This document shows, piece by piece, positions 41,280 to 53,347 of a DNA stretch of 64,000 nucleotides. Under the pieces are notes generated by a model. That model ran no database searches and was not told where the DNA came from. It was given only the letters and a program-made list of their open reading frames with translations. The stretch is from Tortispora ganteri (Eukaryota). Position 1 is the first letter of the stretch; each line of letters begins with the position of its first letter. The stretch spans positions 1 to 64,000 of the forward strand of contig PPNB01000002.1 in the NCBI GenBank assembly GCA_003707115.1. The letters run 5' to 3'. A program made the position numbers and the translations under genes.

Positions 41280-44200
41280 TTACTTTGTTATGTTCCATTT
41301 CTTTTCTTGTCTTCGGTCATTAAATCTGACATACTCAGCCAGTTTCGTCTTGCTAAAATCATAAGAAGAATCAACTTCACAAAATGGGTGCTTGAGAAGT
41401 TCATCGGCAGTAGGTCGTTTTTCCGGATCAATTGTGAAACATAGACTAATGAAGTCTTTTCCAACAGAAGATATGTACTCTTTTGTGTCATCAGGAATAG
41501 GTGGTGCTTGACGAGAGCTACCAAGTTTGTACATAGCACCAATAGCTTCGTCATTAGACCAAGGACGTCGACCTGCAAATACTTCCAAAATAACACATCC
41601 AACGGACCAAATATCAACCTTGGCGCTATAACCCATTCTCTCATCATTTCGAACATTGTTGATAACTTCTGGTGCCATCCAAAATATGGTACCTTGCATA
41701 GACATTTCGGCGTTATTAGCGTATATGTCACCACTTCGTTTCGAAATGCCGAAATCAGAAATCTTTACAATACCGTCCAAGTCCAACAATATGTTGTCAG
41801 CTTTAAGGTCACGATGGAGAATTCCGCATTTGTGCAAATACGAAAGACCATCCATGATTTGCTTACTCAACCATTTAATATCCGGTTCTTCGAACCGTCC
41901 ATGCCGGCGGAGTAAATTTCCAATAGCACCTCCTGGAACGTACTCCAAAAATAAATTAGCCACATTGCGTTTCACTTCGTATCCAAGGTACTGAACAATG
42001 TTAACATGATCTAGATCCTTCATAGTTTCCACTTCTGCATAATGATTTTGCATAGCTTGTTTCAATTCTTCTTGGTTAGAACCGTTTGCAGCATTAGGAA
42101 TCTTGACTTGTTTTACTGCCATTAAATCACCAGTATTAGCATTAAGTGCTAAGTAAACTCTTCCAAAAGTTCCTTTACCTATTAAGTCACCTTTGACCCA
42201 CACAAATCCTTGATCAGATTGTCGTTGAGATCGACCAATTGACAATGTGCGCTTTGCTAAGGCATCTGGAGTCATTTCAATAATTTTTTGGCCCCACATT
42301 TTAGTGCTTTTGCGCCGCAGCATCAGTTTCTTCTTCTGTGCATCACTTCCATTGCTATCTAACGGTGGAAGCGTATCGGCCTTCGGTTCTTCATTTTTTG
42401 ACCCTTCGTTATTAGCAGCTTTCAATGCAAGGCTTTTGCGGGCGGCATTTGCCTCGTTCGCCACAACACGAATAGATTTCATACGAGAGCGCATAGGTCT
42501 GCTTGGTATTCTAGATGCATTTAAAGTATTCGCCATCACAGGAAGGTCGTCTGAAGTTTCACTTTCTTGAATAATGGGCTCATCAAGGTTAGCACCAGGA
42601 AAGAACTCGTCCAAGCGATCGTACAAAACATCTTCGGGTGGTCTAACTGCCCAAAATGCTGAGTTTCGTTTCTTAGTGTCCTGAAAAGCCGTGGACGGCG
42701 GTCTTTTAGCCCAAAGGCCGTCATCGCTATCAGACTCGTTCGTTGAATCATCGTCCAAAGGAGGAGCGTCGTCAAATGATATATCGTTTTCATGAAACTC
42801 TATTTTTTCTTTATGAGTATCAAAGTCATTTTTAGTGATGGATTTCTCTTTAACTTCCGTCGGCGACGTGTGACCCACAGGTTTACGGATTACCGGCGAG
42901 CGTCTATTACCTAACGGTGGAGTGGTAGAAGAACGAGGTCCTTCCAAGTAAGGCACGCGAAATACAGTGGGTCCAGTGGTTACCACAGATAAATTCGAAT
43001 GATCACTTTTGGTTTCTGTTGACTTAGCGGGGGCTAGTGCAGGAGGGGGAGGAGGAGGTGGCGGTGCACGATGTGCGACTAAACCTGCACTGCGCTCGTA
43101 CGGTGAGCTCCTAGGTTTATCAAAGTCAATTCTAGGGCGACCACGCTGTCTCAGGATTTTGAAGGAATCAGCTCGATCAAGGGAAGGATTTTCAGTTGAG
43201 GCAGATGGAGGAGCCGAAGGCTGGACAGGGTTATTTGACTCTGTCTCAGCTGTTGGTAAACTGGAGTTCTGTAATTCTGATAATTCTTCTGGTCCTGAAC
43301 GACCAGAAGCAGATGAGTCCAACTTTTGATCAGTCTCGCGAACTTTAGAGGGTTGTTGACTAGTCGAAGGTTCAGGCAGAATTGCATGTAAGACCAGGGG
43401 GGTTTCAAAATGACTTTTAGGTCTACATGCCCATTCTAGTTGACCTATAGTAAGTGGTCGTCCGGGAGGTTTCAGGAGACCTAGTTCAGAAATGTATAAG
43501 GTCAGACTTTCTGGAGGCAGTTTTAGTATCTCACCCAGTTTTGATTTAATTGAATTACCGTCAAGCGTTGTTTCATCCAATGAGACCAGCTTAAAATTAA
43601 GTCCATCCACTGTCAGAAGCAATTTTGGCGAGCGCAAAGGCTCAGAATGAGAGTAGTTTGCTGACTGTTCTGGAACAGGAGATGTGTCCAGAGTGGCAGC
43701 GGCGCTGACAGAAGCCGAACTAGAAGACAATGTGCGTTGGATCGGAGGCTGGTCGCGCGCAGACTCTGGGTAGACGGAGATAGCTGAATCGATATATGTA
43801 GTGGGTTGCGAACTTGTAGTGTTCAATGGAGGATTGTAGTTGGGATCTGAAGTGAAGGAAGGAGGAAATGGGGAGCGGTAGTCGTCAGAGAGAGATCGTT
43901 GAAGAGTATTAGAGACATGTTGAGAAGAAATAACAGATATAGGTATATCTGGAGGAGATTCGGCAATAGGAGAAGGACGTGAGAATTCATTAGGGGATGT
44001 GTCTGGCGGGTATCGGAGCGGCTGTGACCTTGGATCAGCGGGAGGATCGTTCGGCCAGGAGTCATTTTGGAGATAGTCTGAGTGGAAATTACCTATAACA
44101 GATCCGTAGTCAGAAATTAGCGAAGATTGATCATCATAAGAGTTGGACCAATAAGGATCAGGGTGAACTGGGTGAGGATGTGAGTGGTGGTGAGAATGTG

Positions 44201-44717
44201 AGTATGGAGCGGCCGCCGGGGGGTTGGCGGGGGTAGGCATAACAGGAATGGAGGCGTTCACATGAGACGGTTTCATGTGAAAATACGAATCATTATATGA
44301 GACAGGGAAATCTATGGGTGCATATTGTTGTTGTTGTTGTTGTTGTTGTTGCTGTTGCTGTTGCTGCTGTGCGGAAGATGCAGATGCTGATGAGTCGAAA
44401 TAGGAATAGTGTTGATCTTGGTACCGCTGTCTCTGCGCAGATCTATGCTGCGCACTAGAAGGTCGCGTTTTCCATCTGGTATTTGTTTCTCTATTCTGTG
44501 AAAATTGTTGAGACGGCGAAGAACCAGATTTGGACGTTGAAGACTTGGATTTCGAGGATTTGGACGATTTTGAGGAAGGATTGGCCATTGTCGGGTAAGG
44601 TGAATCATGTAGTGAACGAGCAAGTTTGCTCGTTTGTGTACCTATCATCAACGGAATATCTTCGAGGATTATGTCGTCCACTTCGACTTCATCATCCTCC
44701 TTTGATTTTCGCGGCAT
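41280..44717 (-). CDS. BCK1: Cell-wall-integrity MAPKKK Bck1
   Basis: C-terminal kinase (IGKGTFGRVYL, HRDLKADNIL, DFG, GTIFWMAPE) with Bck1-type WAVRPP...LDEFFP and RRKSTKMWG motifs. Confidence 0.92.
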   Translation of the reverse strand: MPRKSKEDDEVEVDDIILEDIPLMIGTQTSKLARSLHDSPYPTMANPSSKSSKSSKSKSSTSKSGSSPSQQFSQNRETNTRWKTRPSSAQHRSAQRQRYQDQHYSYFDSSASASSAQQQQQQQQQQQQQQQYAPIDFPVSYNDSYFHMKPSHVNASIPVMPTPANPPAAAPYSHSHHHSHPHPVHPDPYWSNSYDDQSSLISDYGSVIGNFHSDYLQNDSWPNDPPADPRSQPLRYPPDTSPNEFSRPSPIAESPPDIPISVISSQHVSNTLQRSLSDDYRSPFPPSFTSDPNYNPPLNTTSSQPTTYIDSAISVYPESARDQPPIQRTLSSSSASVSAAATLDTSPVPEQSANYSHSEPLRSPKLLLTVDGLNFKLVSLDETTLDGNSIKSKLGEILKLPPESLTLYISELGLLKPPGRPLTIGQLEWACRPKSHFETPLVLHAILPEPSTSQQPSKVRETDQKLDSSASGRSGPEELSELQNSSLPTAETESNNPVQPSAPPSASTENPSLDRADSFKILRQRGRPRIDFDKPRSSPYERSAGLVAHRAPPPPPPPPALAPAKSTETKSDHSNLSVVTTGPTVFRVPYLEGPRSSTTPPLGNRRSPVIRKPVGHTSPTEVKEKSITKNDFDTHKEKIEFHENDISFDDAPPLDDDSTNESDSDDGLWAKRPPSTAFQDTKKRNSAFWAVRPPEDVLYDRLDEFFPGANLDEPIIQESETSDDLPVMANTLNASRIPSRPMRSRMKSIRVVANEANAARKSLALKAANNEGSKNEEPKADTLPPLDSNGSDAQKKKLMLRRKSTKMWGQKIIEMTPDALAKRTLSIGRSQRQSDQGFVWVKGDLIGKGTFGRVYLALNANTGDLMAVKQVKIPNAANGSNQEELKQAMQNHYAEVETMKDLDHVNIVQYLGYEVKRNVANLFLEYVPGGAIGNLLRRHGRFEEPDIKWLSKQIMDGLSYLHKCGILHRDLKADNILLDLDGIVKISDFGISKRSGDIYANNAEMSMQGTIFWMAPEVINNVRNDERMGYSAKVDIWSVGCVILEVFAGRRPWSNDEAIGAMYKLGSSRQAPPIPDDTKEYISSVGKDFISLCFTIDPEKRPTADELLKHPFCEVDSSYDFSKTKLAEYVRFNDRRQEKKWNITK
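44325..44369 (-). repeat. CAG/CAA repeat encoding poly-Gln (15) in Bck1
   Basis: Read directly. Confidence 0.95.
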
Positions 44718-44866
44718 TGTAGGTTATAAAAGGGGAGAGGGGTGGGTCCTAGCGTTTGAAGTGAATGTAGGTTCCTGGGAGGGTAGAGGGGAATTTTCAG
44801 GTTCGGAAAAAACCACACCACTAGTGTTTTTCTTTTACTTCATTTTTGGATTCAGTTATTAATTAG

Positions 44867-45364
44867 ATGTCGCTGAATGGGTCGCTACTAAGCGGTCTTG
44901 TGATAGGACTAGGGTCAGGATATTTTATAGCACGTTTACTTAGTGGTTCTACAAGAGTGGCTGCTTTAGATGAAGGATCAGTAGATGAAGGAGGATACCC
45001 TCTATCAATCGAAGAGTACAAGATGGTTCTTGTTGTGCGGACAGATTTGCATATGGAACGTGGTAAGGCTGCTGCTCAATGTGCACATGCAGCTGTCGCC
45101 TGTTACAAAGCATCATGTAAGAGCTCTCCTGCTGCCGTTCGATTGTGGGAAGTAGCAGGTCAACCCAAAATAACGCTGAGAACAGATTCTGAAGAATCAT
45201 TAGAACTACTTTACGCTAAAGCACTGTCATTAAATATTACTGCACGCATTATTCATGATGCAGGACGCACACAGGTTGCTCCTAACACAGCTACTGTCAT
45301 AGGTATTGGTCCTGCGCCAAAATCTTTGATCGACCAAGTCACAGGTTCGTTGAAGCTATACTGA
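44867..45364 (+). CDS. PTH2: Peptidyl-tRNA hydrolase 2
   Basis: N-terminal TM segment, KMVLVVRTDL-M-RGKAAAQCAHA, DAGRTQ, GIGPAP. Confidence 0.95.
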   Translation: MSLNGSLLSGLVIGLGSGYFIARLLSGSTRVAALDEGSVDEGGYPLSIEEYKMVLVVRTDLHMERGKAAAQCAHAAVACYKASCKSSPAAVRLWEVAGQPKITLRTDSEESLELLYAKALSLNITARIIHDAGRTQVAPNTATVIGIGPAPKSLIDQVTGSLKLY

Positions 45365-45436
45365 TACAAACCTTACTTCCATTTAATGAATTAATGACTG
45401 ATCATACACATGTTATTCGTAATTTATTTTCGTAAT

Positions 45437-46954
45437 TTATTTTCGTGTCTTCTTTTTCCCATTTCCGTGAAACTTGTGTGAAAGTTCTTTATATGCCTCT
45501 TTTGTGCTCAAAAGCTTTCCTTCTTCGTTCCTGTACTCCAATTTAATATCCGGTTTGTAGTTCTTTAACCGTTCTCGTGCTAATTCTGCATTCACTTTAT
45601 CCATATCCTTTTTCTGATTTTGTGCAAGTTCTTCTCTCTCTTTCGGCGTGAGACGTTTCAAAATATCACGCTGCTGTTCCTTCATTTCCTGTTGTTCTCG
45701 TGCTTTCATAGCATACTTTAGCTTCATTTCGTGATTTGCACGCAGTTGCTCCCTTTGACGTTTTAGTTTCTCTTTTGCTTCATCGTCATTGTGAATAGCA
45801 CCGGTTTTAGTTAACTGTTGTAGTATATCGGCGAGCCCGCCCTCTTTCTTATTTTCATTTGCATCCGTATTTGCGTCCGCATTATCGTTTTCATCAGTCA
45901 ATGAATCAACATTAATAATTTTAATATCCTCATTATCTGCAACATCATTATTATCGGCTGCAGTTTGCTCAACATTCGATCCAGGTTCAAAGGACTCTAC
46001 AAAAGACTTAGTACCATCAATCACTAGGTCGTTCTCCTCACTATCCGCCGTTGACGCAAAATTTCGTTCAATTTCTTCTGCCTGCTTCATCAATAGTACT
46101 ATGTCTTTTTTCCGCTGTTTCAGCGCCTTCAGGCGATTGCGTTCCAGCGCATTGTCGTAATCTTCTTCGGCATCAAGTTGTATGTTAGCCTTGACTGCCT
46201 TAACAAAATCGTCCGTGTCAATTGCATGACGTGATTCTGCAGAACGATCTTTTCGTTTACGTTTCTTTATCTTTTGCGGCTTGTAATCCGACTCGGGCAG
46301 GCTCTCAGATGTCTCTTCTAATGTATATACAGTATGAACGAGTGGCTTGTTGGTGGGCACGCCAAGATCTACTTGGGCAGTGTCTTCATTCACTTCCGAG
46401 GCTGCAATTGCCTTTTCCAAGTTCGCCAGTGTGACTAGTTGATCGGTATCTTCTGTGTGATCAGCAAATGACATGCGCAACGATGACGGCTTCGACTTCC
46501 GCGGCATTTTCGCAGATATCTCTAAAGCATCTTCAGACTCATCTAACACTGAAGAATCTCTTAAAGTGAGTATTGCCGAACTTTCTGCAGATTGAAAATT
46601 GGATGAATCAATAGGGGTAACTTTCAGGTGCGAAATGTCTTCGCTAGTGTATGCCGATGATTCATTTGGTACTGTAGTGGCGCTATCGTCTTTAGCAGCA
46701 CTGAAATTTGTTTGACCTAACCATTCAGCAGTACTCAATGATTCTTTTAGTTGTTTCGAGTGTTTAGAATGATCGATTCGCGCCTTTGCCTGCCGTATCC
46801 TATCTGCTATATCATCCTTTAATTTAGCTGTATCTTCTATTTTTGATTCTATTGTACTTGACGATTCAGGAACTTCAGAAGTAATCACTATAGGTCGCAG
46901 GCCTAAAGCGATACGGATCTTATTGGTTTCATCAATTGACAGTTCTTTCGCCAT
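45437..46954 (-). CDS. SNU66: U4/U6.U5 tri-snRNP protein Snu66 (SART-1)
   Basis: HIND motif LSIDETNKIRIALGLRPI, ILTLRDSSVL, KEAYKELSHKFHG. Confidence 0.93.
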   Translation of the reverse strand: MAKELSIDETNKIRIALGLRPIVITSEVPESSSTIESKIEDTAKLKDDIADRIRQAKARIDHSKHSKQLKESLSTAEWLGQTNFSAAKDDSATTVPNESSAYTSEDISHLKVTPIDSSNFQSAESSAILTLRDSSVLDESEDALEISAKMPRKSKPSSLRMSFADHTEDTDQLVTLANLEKAIAASEVNEDTAQVDLGVPTNKPLVHTVYTLEETSESLPESDYKPQKIKKRKRKDRSAESRHAIDTDDFVKAVKANIQLDAEEDYDNALERNRLKALKQRKKDIVLLMKQAEEIERNFASTADSEENDLVIDGTKSFVESFEPGSNVEQTAADNNDVADNEDIKIINVDSLTDENDNADANTDANENKKEGGLADILQQLTKTGAIHNDDEAKEKLKRQREQLRANHEMKLKYAMKAREQQEMKEQQRDILKRLTPKEREELAQNQKKDMDKVNAELARERLKNYKPDIKLEYRNEEGKLLSTKEAYKELSHKFHGNGKKKTRK

Positions 46955-47376
46955 CTAAATGTTCAGCAAAATCTCGCATTAAAAACTTGCGATTACGCGC
47001 AAATCGATGGCCTTTTAATCACGTGCGTAATCTTTTTTCAAAGAAGATGATAGCAGCGGACAATATCGGGGCGATAAAATTAAGCCGCACTCGCACATAA
47101 GGAAGTGCGTGCGGAGAGGTGATATTACGCTGGTGCGCGATCCCGGTATCCTCCGACAGTCGATAGCACTGCACACCGCAGAACAACATACTAGGCCAGC
47201 GTAAAAGCTGCATATGCAAAAAATTAAAATAAATTATAAAATGAGTGTATTTAATATCATTTAATAGGCTAATTGGAACGGGAATAGGAGTCTGATGACA
47301 TCGGTAAGCCAGCGATGCCAAGAAGCTTAACGTGAATAGACTTTTTAAATGGGCCAATTTTCCCTTGCAGTTTACC

Positions 47377-47383
47377 TGACTCA
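47377..47383. promoter_or_regulatory. Gcn4/AP-1 site upstream of AAT1
   Basis: TGACTCA about 100 nt upstream of the ATG, next to TATAAA (about 47403); TCACGTG also at 47019-47025. Confidence 0.5.
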
Positions 47384-47484
47384 GAGGCCCCTTCTATCCA
47401 CATATAAACCCGAGGCATCGCCTACTGCTTTCAATTTTTCACGCACATTTATTTTTCGGGTACGCTGCTAGTTTGATATAAGAC

Positions 47485-48744
47485 ATGTTATCGTCTTCAT
47501 TCAAAGCATCGAAACCAATTGCTGTGAGCCTTGCTGCGCGCAGCTCATCATTCTGGGCTGCCGTCAAACAGGGACCTCCTGACGCTATTCTAGGTATCAC
47601 CGAAGCTTTCAAGGCCGACACGTTCCCACAGAAAATCAATCTTGGTGTTGGTGCGTATAGAGATGACAACGGCAAACCTTATGTCTTGCCGTCAGTTCGC
47701 GAGGCCGAGCAGATTATCGTCTCGGAGAAACTTGATAAAGAGTACGCACCTATAACGGGTGTACCGGCGTTCGCGCCTGCAGCGGCAAAGCTTGCTTATG
47801 GAAGCGACTCTCCTGTGCTTGATCGCGTTTCTATTACGCAAACGATTTCAGGCACTGGCGCACTTCGTGTTGGTGGAGAGTTTTTCGCTCTTCATTACCC
47901 ATATGCAAAGAAGATCTATGCGCCCACACCTTCCTGGGCCAACCATGCTTCCGTGTTTAAGCACGCTGGCCTTGAGGTAGGATCCTATAGGTACTATAAC
48001 AAGGAAACCATCTCGCTTGATTTCGAGGGTATGATTGCAGATATCAAAGCCCTACCCGAAAAGTCTGTTGTGCTTCTTCATGCCTGTGCGCATAATCCTA
48101 CCGGAGTTGATCCCACACAGGAACAATGGATAGAAATTGCAAAGGTCGTCAAGGAGAAGAACCATTTCTCGTTCTTTGACATGGCGTACCAAGGATTTGC
48201 CTCCGGTGATACTGTTCGCGATGCTTTTGCCGTCCGCCATTTCGTAAAAGAGGGACTTCAGGTGGCATTGTGTCAGTCGTTTGCTAAGAACATGGGTCTA
48301 TACGGTGAGCGTGTAGGAGCTTTTTCGCTCGTCACTGCTGATGCAGAAGAGAAAAAGAGAGTCGACTCTCAGATCAAAATTATTGTACGTGCATTGTATT
48401 CAAATCCTCCTGTACATGGAGCAAGAATTGCCGCGAAGATTTTGAATGACGAAAAACTTAACGCCCAATGGTTGACCGAAGTCAAGGGCATGGCAGACCG
48501 CATCATTGAAATGCGTCATTTACTTAAATCCAACCTCGAAAAACTTGGCTCGTCTCATGACTGGAGTCATATCACCTCACAAATTGGCATGTTTGCCTAC
48601 ACTGGTCTCTCTCCCGAACAGGTCGATATCCTTGCCAAGGAACACTCAGTTTACTGCACTAGAGATGGCCGTGTTTCTGTTGCTGGAATCAACAGCAAGA
48701 ACGTCGAGAGACTCGCTGAGGCTATTCATGCTGTTACTAAGTAA
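47485..48744 (+). CDS. AAT1: Mitochondrial aspartate aminotransferase
   Basis: Presequence-like N-terminus, [40 protein letters not shown] (PLP Lys). Confidence 0.93.
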   Translation: MLSSSFKASKPIAVSLAARSSSFWAAVKQGPPDAILGITEAFKADTFPQKINLGVGAYRDDNGKPYVLPSVREAEQIIVSEKLDKEYAPITGVPAFAPAAAKLAYGSDSPVLDRVSITQTISGTGALRVGGEFFALHYPYAKKIYAPTPSWANHASVFKHAGLEVGSYRYYNKETISLDFEGMIADIKALPEKSVVLLHACAHNPTGVDPTQEQWIEIAKVVKEKNHFSFFDMAYQGFASGDTVRDAFAVRHFVKEGLQVALCQSFAKNMGLYGERVGAFSLVTADAEEKKRVDSQIKIIVRALYSNPPVHGARIAAKILNDEKLNAQWLTEVKGMADRIIEMRHLLKSNLEKLGSSHDWSHITSQIGMFAYTGLSPEQVDILAKEHSVYCTRDGRVSVAGINSKNVERLAEAIHAVTK

Positions 48745-49641
48745 ATATGGTCAATAATAGAGAAGATTATGTATCAATTTGTAGTTTGTTAGCTGTTAAA
48801 TTGATTGTAACTTATACTGCATCATCAAATTTGCTCGGAGTTAAACATTTGTGAATATAAGGGTTAAAAAAATCTTAACCTAAAAAAAAACCTAAAGCAC
48901 TGTGATGTCACTGTAGACATCGCAAATATTTTGCACTAGTGAGGTGCTACAGAAACACAGTATAGCGGTAATAGACAAAATAAAATTAAGAATTTGCCAT
49001 TTATAAAAAAGAAAATAGCTTAAATATTTATATAATGTAGAAATATGAGCAATATTGAAAGAACGGAGATGTTATTTTAAACAATGTGTCATTTTAACTT
49101 TCATAGCAATGTGGTAATACGAGAAATCGCCCAGGCACTCTCTTCCCCCTGCACTCTCTCTTTCACCCCTCTTAACCGCGAAGCTCTTCACGTTAGATTT
49201 TATAAGAGCAATTCTACCCTCTGACTTCTCCATTTTATTCATATAAGAATTATTTTGCTTTCGTTTATCAATATCTATCCGGAAGAGAAGAATAGCAAAG
49301 TAACGTTCTGTCTCAAACCATCTCTACTCCATCGATATCATCTTTTCCCCTCGAACTAGAAAAAAAAACCCCACAACTGACCACTCCACTGCACTTATCC
49401 GCATCGTACTTGACTCTAGCGAAACATAAAGATTCTTTCCAATACGTGTGAGCGAATCACAAAAAATTTTAACTATCAGAAAAGACACAGCCTATAGGCA
49501 ATATTATCAGATATAAAACACAACCATCTCCAGGTACTTCTGTTAGGTTGGTTTGCATAGTTCTATAAGCATAGAACAAAGCACTTACTGTTCAGCATAC
49601 ATTTCAAATCTTTTTCTCTTTGTTCACCTGACATAAACCAA

Positions 49642-50052
49642 ATGACTGATACTAGTATAGACATAGACTGGGAAGTTTTGAATCAAGTTCTCGAAATGGA
49701 CGATGATCCTAAAGAGAGGGAATTCAGTAAAGGACTAGTTTCTCAATTTTTCGATCAAGCTGATACTATTCTCAGTGATATCTTTAACCATCTGGAATCT
49801 CAGGGTGACCTCAACCATTTGTCTTCTCAAGGCCATTTCCTAAAGGGCTCCTCTGCTGCACTCGGACTAACGCGTATGAGAATAGGTTGTGAAAAAATTC
49901 AGCACCTAGGTAACTTCAAAGACGAAACCGGAACTTTTTCCGTTGATGACGAAACTCTTCTAAGAGACAATATAAAGCAGCAGGCTGAGCTAGTAAGAGA
50001 GGCTTATAAAGAGTATTATGCCTATCTGTACGACTACTTCGGCTCTTTCTAA
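49642..50052 (+). CDS. YPD1: Histidine phosphotransfer protein Ypd1
   Basis: QVLEMDDD, GHFLKGSSAALGL, CEKIQH HPt motifs. Confidence 0.95.
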   Translation: MTDTSIDIDWEVLNQVLEMDDDPKEREFSKGLVSQFFDQADTILSDIFNHLESQGDLNHLSSQGHFLKGSSAALGLTRMRIGCEKIQHLGNFKDETGTFSVDDETLLRDNIKQQAELVREAYKEYYAYLYDYFGSF

Positions 50053-50327
50053 ACCTGCACGACACAGATAAGAAGTTTTGAGCTTCAATTTTTCTGACTG
50101 ATATACCCAAATGCAGGAAAAAGTGCCGTAATAGCTTCCAAATCAGTTGTTTTGTTGCTTGATTTTGAAATTTTTATCTGCTATCTTTGCCCTGCTTTTA
50201 GGTATCCGTCCGTGAGATATCTTTATCGGCTTTTATCACTCGTTAACGAATCTATTATGTCAATATATATTTCTCTACTAATAGAGACATTAAGTGTAGA
50301 AGTAATGACAAACACTTTCCATAATCG

Positions 50328-51866
50328 TTATATTTTCTCGATTTCTAAATCAGGATCGTGCTCCTCGCCAAGATCAATATCCGGCAGGAATTTGGTGCCA
50401 TTAATGGACTCAGGCAGGTAATCTTGCATGCACTTTCCTTCAACATAATTTGGATTATATTTATATTCCTTGCCGTATCCCAATTGTTTCATTAATCGTG
50501 TAGGTGCGTTCCGAAGATGAATCGGAATAGGTGCTATCCCAACGTTTTCGTCTTTCAGCATTGCTTTAACCGCATTATAACCCCGATAAACTCGTACCGA
50601 CTTCTTAGCTAGAGCTAGTTTTACTGCACAATGTGCCAATATTATATCTGATTCTGGCATACCTATGTTCTGTGCTGCTTGATAAGCAGCCATTGCAAAT
50701 GGTAGACAGGAATCGTCGGCCAATCCAATATCTTCAGACGCCATGCGAACCATTCTTCTTGCAATATACAGAGGATCTTCGCCTGCTTCCAGCATACGCC
50801 CTAAATAATACAGGGCTGCATCAGGATCAGAACCGCGCACACTTTTATGCAGCGCAGATATCGTGTCGTACATGTTGTCACCTTTACGGTCATATACAAG
50901 ACTGGTTCTTTTCATTGAGGACTCAATATCCTTCTTTTGTAACTTTTCACCATCTTCCAAGTTTTCTGCCAGTGACATTATTACTTCCAGCGCTGATAAA
51001 GCTGCACGTGCGTCACCGTCAGCTATATTAGCGAGATACTGCACGCATTCGTCGTCCAGCTTCATAGCATCGTTTTCAGAGTAGAAATTCTGAATTGCTG
51101 CTCGGACTACTGAAACAATATTCTCAGTGGATAGGCTCTTCAGAACGAATACGCGACATCTGCTTATCAGAGCAGAGTTCACTTTGAAACTCGGGTTCTC
51201 TGTTGTAGCACCTATGAGCGTTACGGTGCCTTTCTCCACATGAGGAAGGCACACATCTTGTTGTGCTTTAGAAAATCTATGCACTTCATCAATAAATAAT
51301 ATCGTTCTCTTTTTAAACATCATCCAATGCTTTCCGGCTTCTTCAAAAACTTTCTTGCAGTCATTAACGCCATGCATAGTGGCACTAAGCTCTACAAAGC
51401 GCGATTTTGTCTCATTCGCAATGATACGTGCAAGGGTAGTTTTTCCTGTACCGGATGGTCCCCATAATATCATAGAGGGCACACGATCACCTTTTACCAA
51501 GGACCGCAGAATGCCTCGCGGTCCAACTAGGTCATCCTGCCCTACATAGTTATCTAACGAAGTTGGACGGGCAAGCTCAGCTAGGGGTTCGCGTCGCACA
51601 GGCTTCACTGACTTAGAAGCAGATACTGGTGGCTCTGAAGTATTGTTAGATTCAACCTTTAGATCCGAACTTAACGGAGTTGGTTTCGACTTCTTGTGGT
51701 CTGGACGCGTAGAATGTTCTTCAGAGGAACGACGCTTGAAGAGCGAGTGATATTGAGCTGGTTGATCTTTACAGGAAGCATCAATGTGCGCATTTATTTT
51801 ACCGAGAGATACAGATTTTCCACATACTGGGCATTCCACAGAGTCCTGATCCATAATCGTTGGCAA
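50328..51866 (-). CDS. MGS1: AAA+ ATPase Mgs1 (WRNIP1/RarA)
   Basis: UBZ finger CPVC...INAHID, PLAELARP, GPSGTGKT, GATTENPSF, ASEDIGLAD, PIHLRNAPT. Confidence 0.96.
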   Translation of the reverse strand: MPTIMDQDSVECPVCGKSVSLGKINAHIDASCKDQPAQYHSLFKRRSSEEHSTRPDHKKSKPTPLSSDLKVESNNTSEPPVSASKSVKPVRREPLAELARPTSLDNYVGQDDLVGPRGILRSLVKGDRVPSMILWGPSGTGKTTLARIIANETKSRFVELSATMHGVNDCKKVFEEAGKHWMMFKKRTILFIDEVHRFSKAQQDVCLPHVEKGTVTLIGATTENPSFKVNSALISRCRVFVLKSLSTENIVSVVRAAIQNFYSENDAMKLDDECVQYLANIADGDARAALSALEVIMSLAENLEDGEKLQKKDIESSMKRTSLVYDRKGDNMYDTISALHKSVRGSDPDAALYYLGRMLEAGEDPLYIARRMVRMASEDIGLADDSCLPFAMAAYQAAQNIGMPESDIILAHCAVKLALAKKSVRVYRGYNAVKAMLKDENVGIAPIPIHLRNAPTRLMKQLGYGKEYKYNPNYVEGKCMQDYLPESINGTKFLPDIDLGEEHDPDLEIEKI

Positions 51867-52015
51867 TCTGTCGTGATGCGGCGGAAAGCAGAAAGATCCA
51901 ACTCTATTCTCCGCATTTGTTCCAAATGGTTATGTAACTTATCTCTCTAAGTAAGTAACAATTAGTAGTCTTATCGTTAACAGTAATGTTCGTAAAATAT
52001 TGAGAAAATTTAAAA

Positions 52016-53347
52016 TTATTTCTCTTGCGGGGATTTCAAATTTGTGGACTCAGACAGATACGGAGAGTCATTGACAGTTGGTACGACAGGCGAAGCCATA
52101 TCATTCTGCTCGCTATTTTGTCTCTTGACTTTGCTAAGTTTTCTGCCTTCCGAAACACTTCGTCCTCTTCCTTGTTTAGCTGCTCCGCGTCCTCCTCGTC
52201 CAGAAGCAGCTCTGCTACCTCCCCTACTAATGGGTTTAGAAGATGTGCTGCTGATTGGCGATGGGTCTGCAGAATGTTGAGACATTGGCGTGCCAGGTCC
52301 CATTGCAGATCTAGGTGCACCTCCACCAACAGGGCCAGCCATTTTGGTATTAATATTAGGCACATGAATGTCTGAAACAGGCTGAGATCGAGATACGTGT
52401 AGTAAATCCACAATCTCAGGATCACCATTAGCAAAGGCGTGCATGATGTCAAATGGACTGATCGGTTCTTGCGTGCCCTTTCGATCACGAACGCGGTGGT
52501 CAAGATAAATCAGTTCACGTAATGTCGACATGGCTTGAACTGTTTCAAGGCGCTTTAAGAACATATTAGAAATTCCCAAGTCGCTATAGTCTTTTAACAT
52601 ATTAGTTTCGCCCGAATCAAGCATTTTCAGCACCCTGGCACGTGTGTAAGAGTCTGATATTTCAGCAGCAAGGAATTCGATCCATTCAATTTTCATATTG
52701 GCACTAAATAGTACCCGAAGTGGCCCTCTACATTGGAGGCAAAAACCATCTGCATAATTCTGAGTAATAAGAGCTGACTTAGACTCTAAGAAGACAGTGC
52801 CAGTAGGCATCCGGGCCTCCTGGAGTGACTCGAAGAATATGTGCGTCTTCACGATAGAGGTATTGTATAAGCTGTAGAGAGTGGCGGGAAGAAGCAAATA
52901 AGGAATTTCAAAAAGACGTCTCTCTGCAAGATTATGATGTACAAAAGTAATCCTGACACGCGAAAATTTTGAGAAAAACTCGTTCGTAACGTGCGACCAG
53001 TACTCCATTCTGGAAGCATCCGACTGTGGTCGCACTATAGATAACAATTCCGCTAGACGAAGCAGCCGGCTTTGGCCACTTTCAGGTTTCCCAGGGTAGA
53101 TTACGGGGCCTCGAGTTCGGTTATTGTAAATTACTTCTGCAGGTACGCCAGCGGCATTAGGGCCCGGGCCAGCCATCGGTGGTACAGGCATAGCAAGTGT
53201 ATTGGTCAAGTTTTCGTTTTTGAATCGCTGTGGAGGAACATGTACAGTGTGTATGATATTGGAGTTTGGAGGAGGTGGCGCATACGCAGAACCCGCATTC
53301 GGATTCGAAGGCATGGCAGCATCCTGCATTGAAATAGGGTGGCTCAT
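52016..53347 (-). CDS. MFG1: LIM-domain-binding family regulator (Mfg1/Adn1/PtaB-like)
   Basis: RLLRLAELLS...YWSHVTNEFFS...RLFEIP...GPLRV...KIEWIEF...GIS..FLKRLE...MSTL, flanked by low-complexity tails. Confidence 0.75.
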   Translation of the reverse strand: MSHPISMQDAAMPSNPNAGSAYAPPPPNSNIIHTVHVPPQRFKNENLTNTLAMPVPPMAGPGPNAAGVPAEVIYNNRTRGPVIYPGKPESGQSRLLRLAELLSIVRPQSDASRMEYWSHVTNEFFSKFSRVRITFVHHNLAERRLFEIPYLLLPATLYSLYNTSIVKTHIFFESLQEARMPTGTVFLESKSALITQNYADGFCLQCRGPLRVLFSANMKIEWIEFLAAEISDSYTRARVLKMLDSGETNMLKDYSDLGISNMFLKRLETVQAMSTLRELIYLDHRVRDRKGTQEPISPFDIMHAFANGDPEIVDLLHVSRSQPVSDIHVPNINTKMAGPVGGGAPRSAMGPGTPMSQHSADPSPISSTSSKPISRGGSRAASGRGGRGAAKQGRGRSVSEGRKLSKVKRQNSEQNDMASPVVPTVNDSPYLSESTNLKSPQEK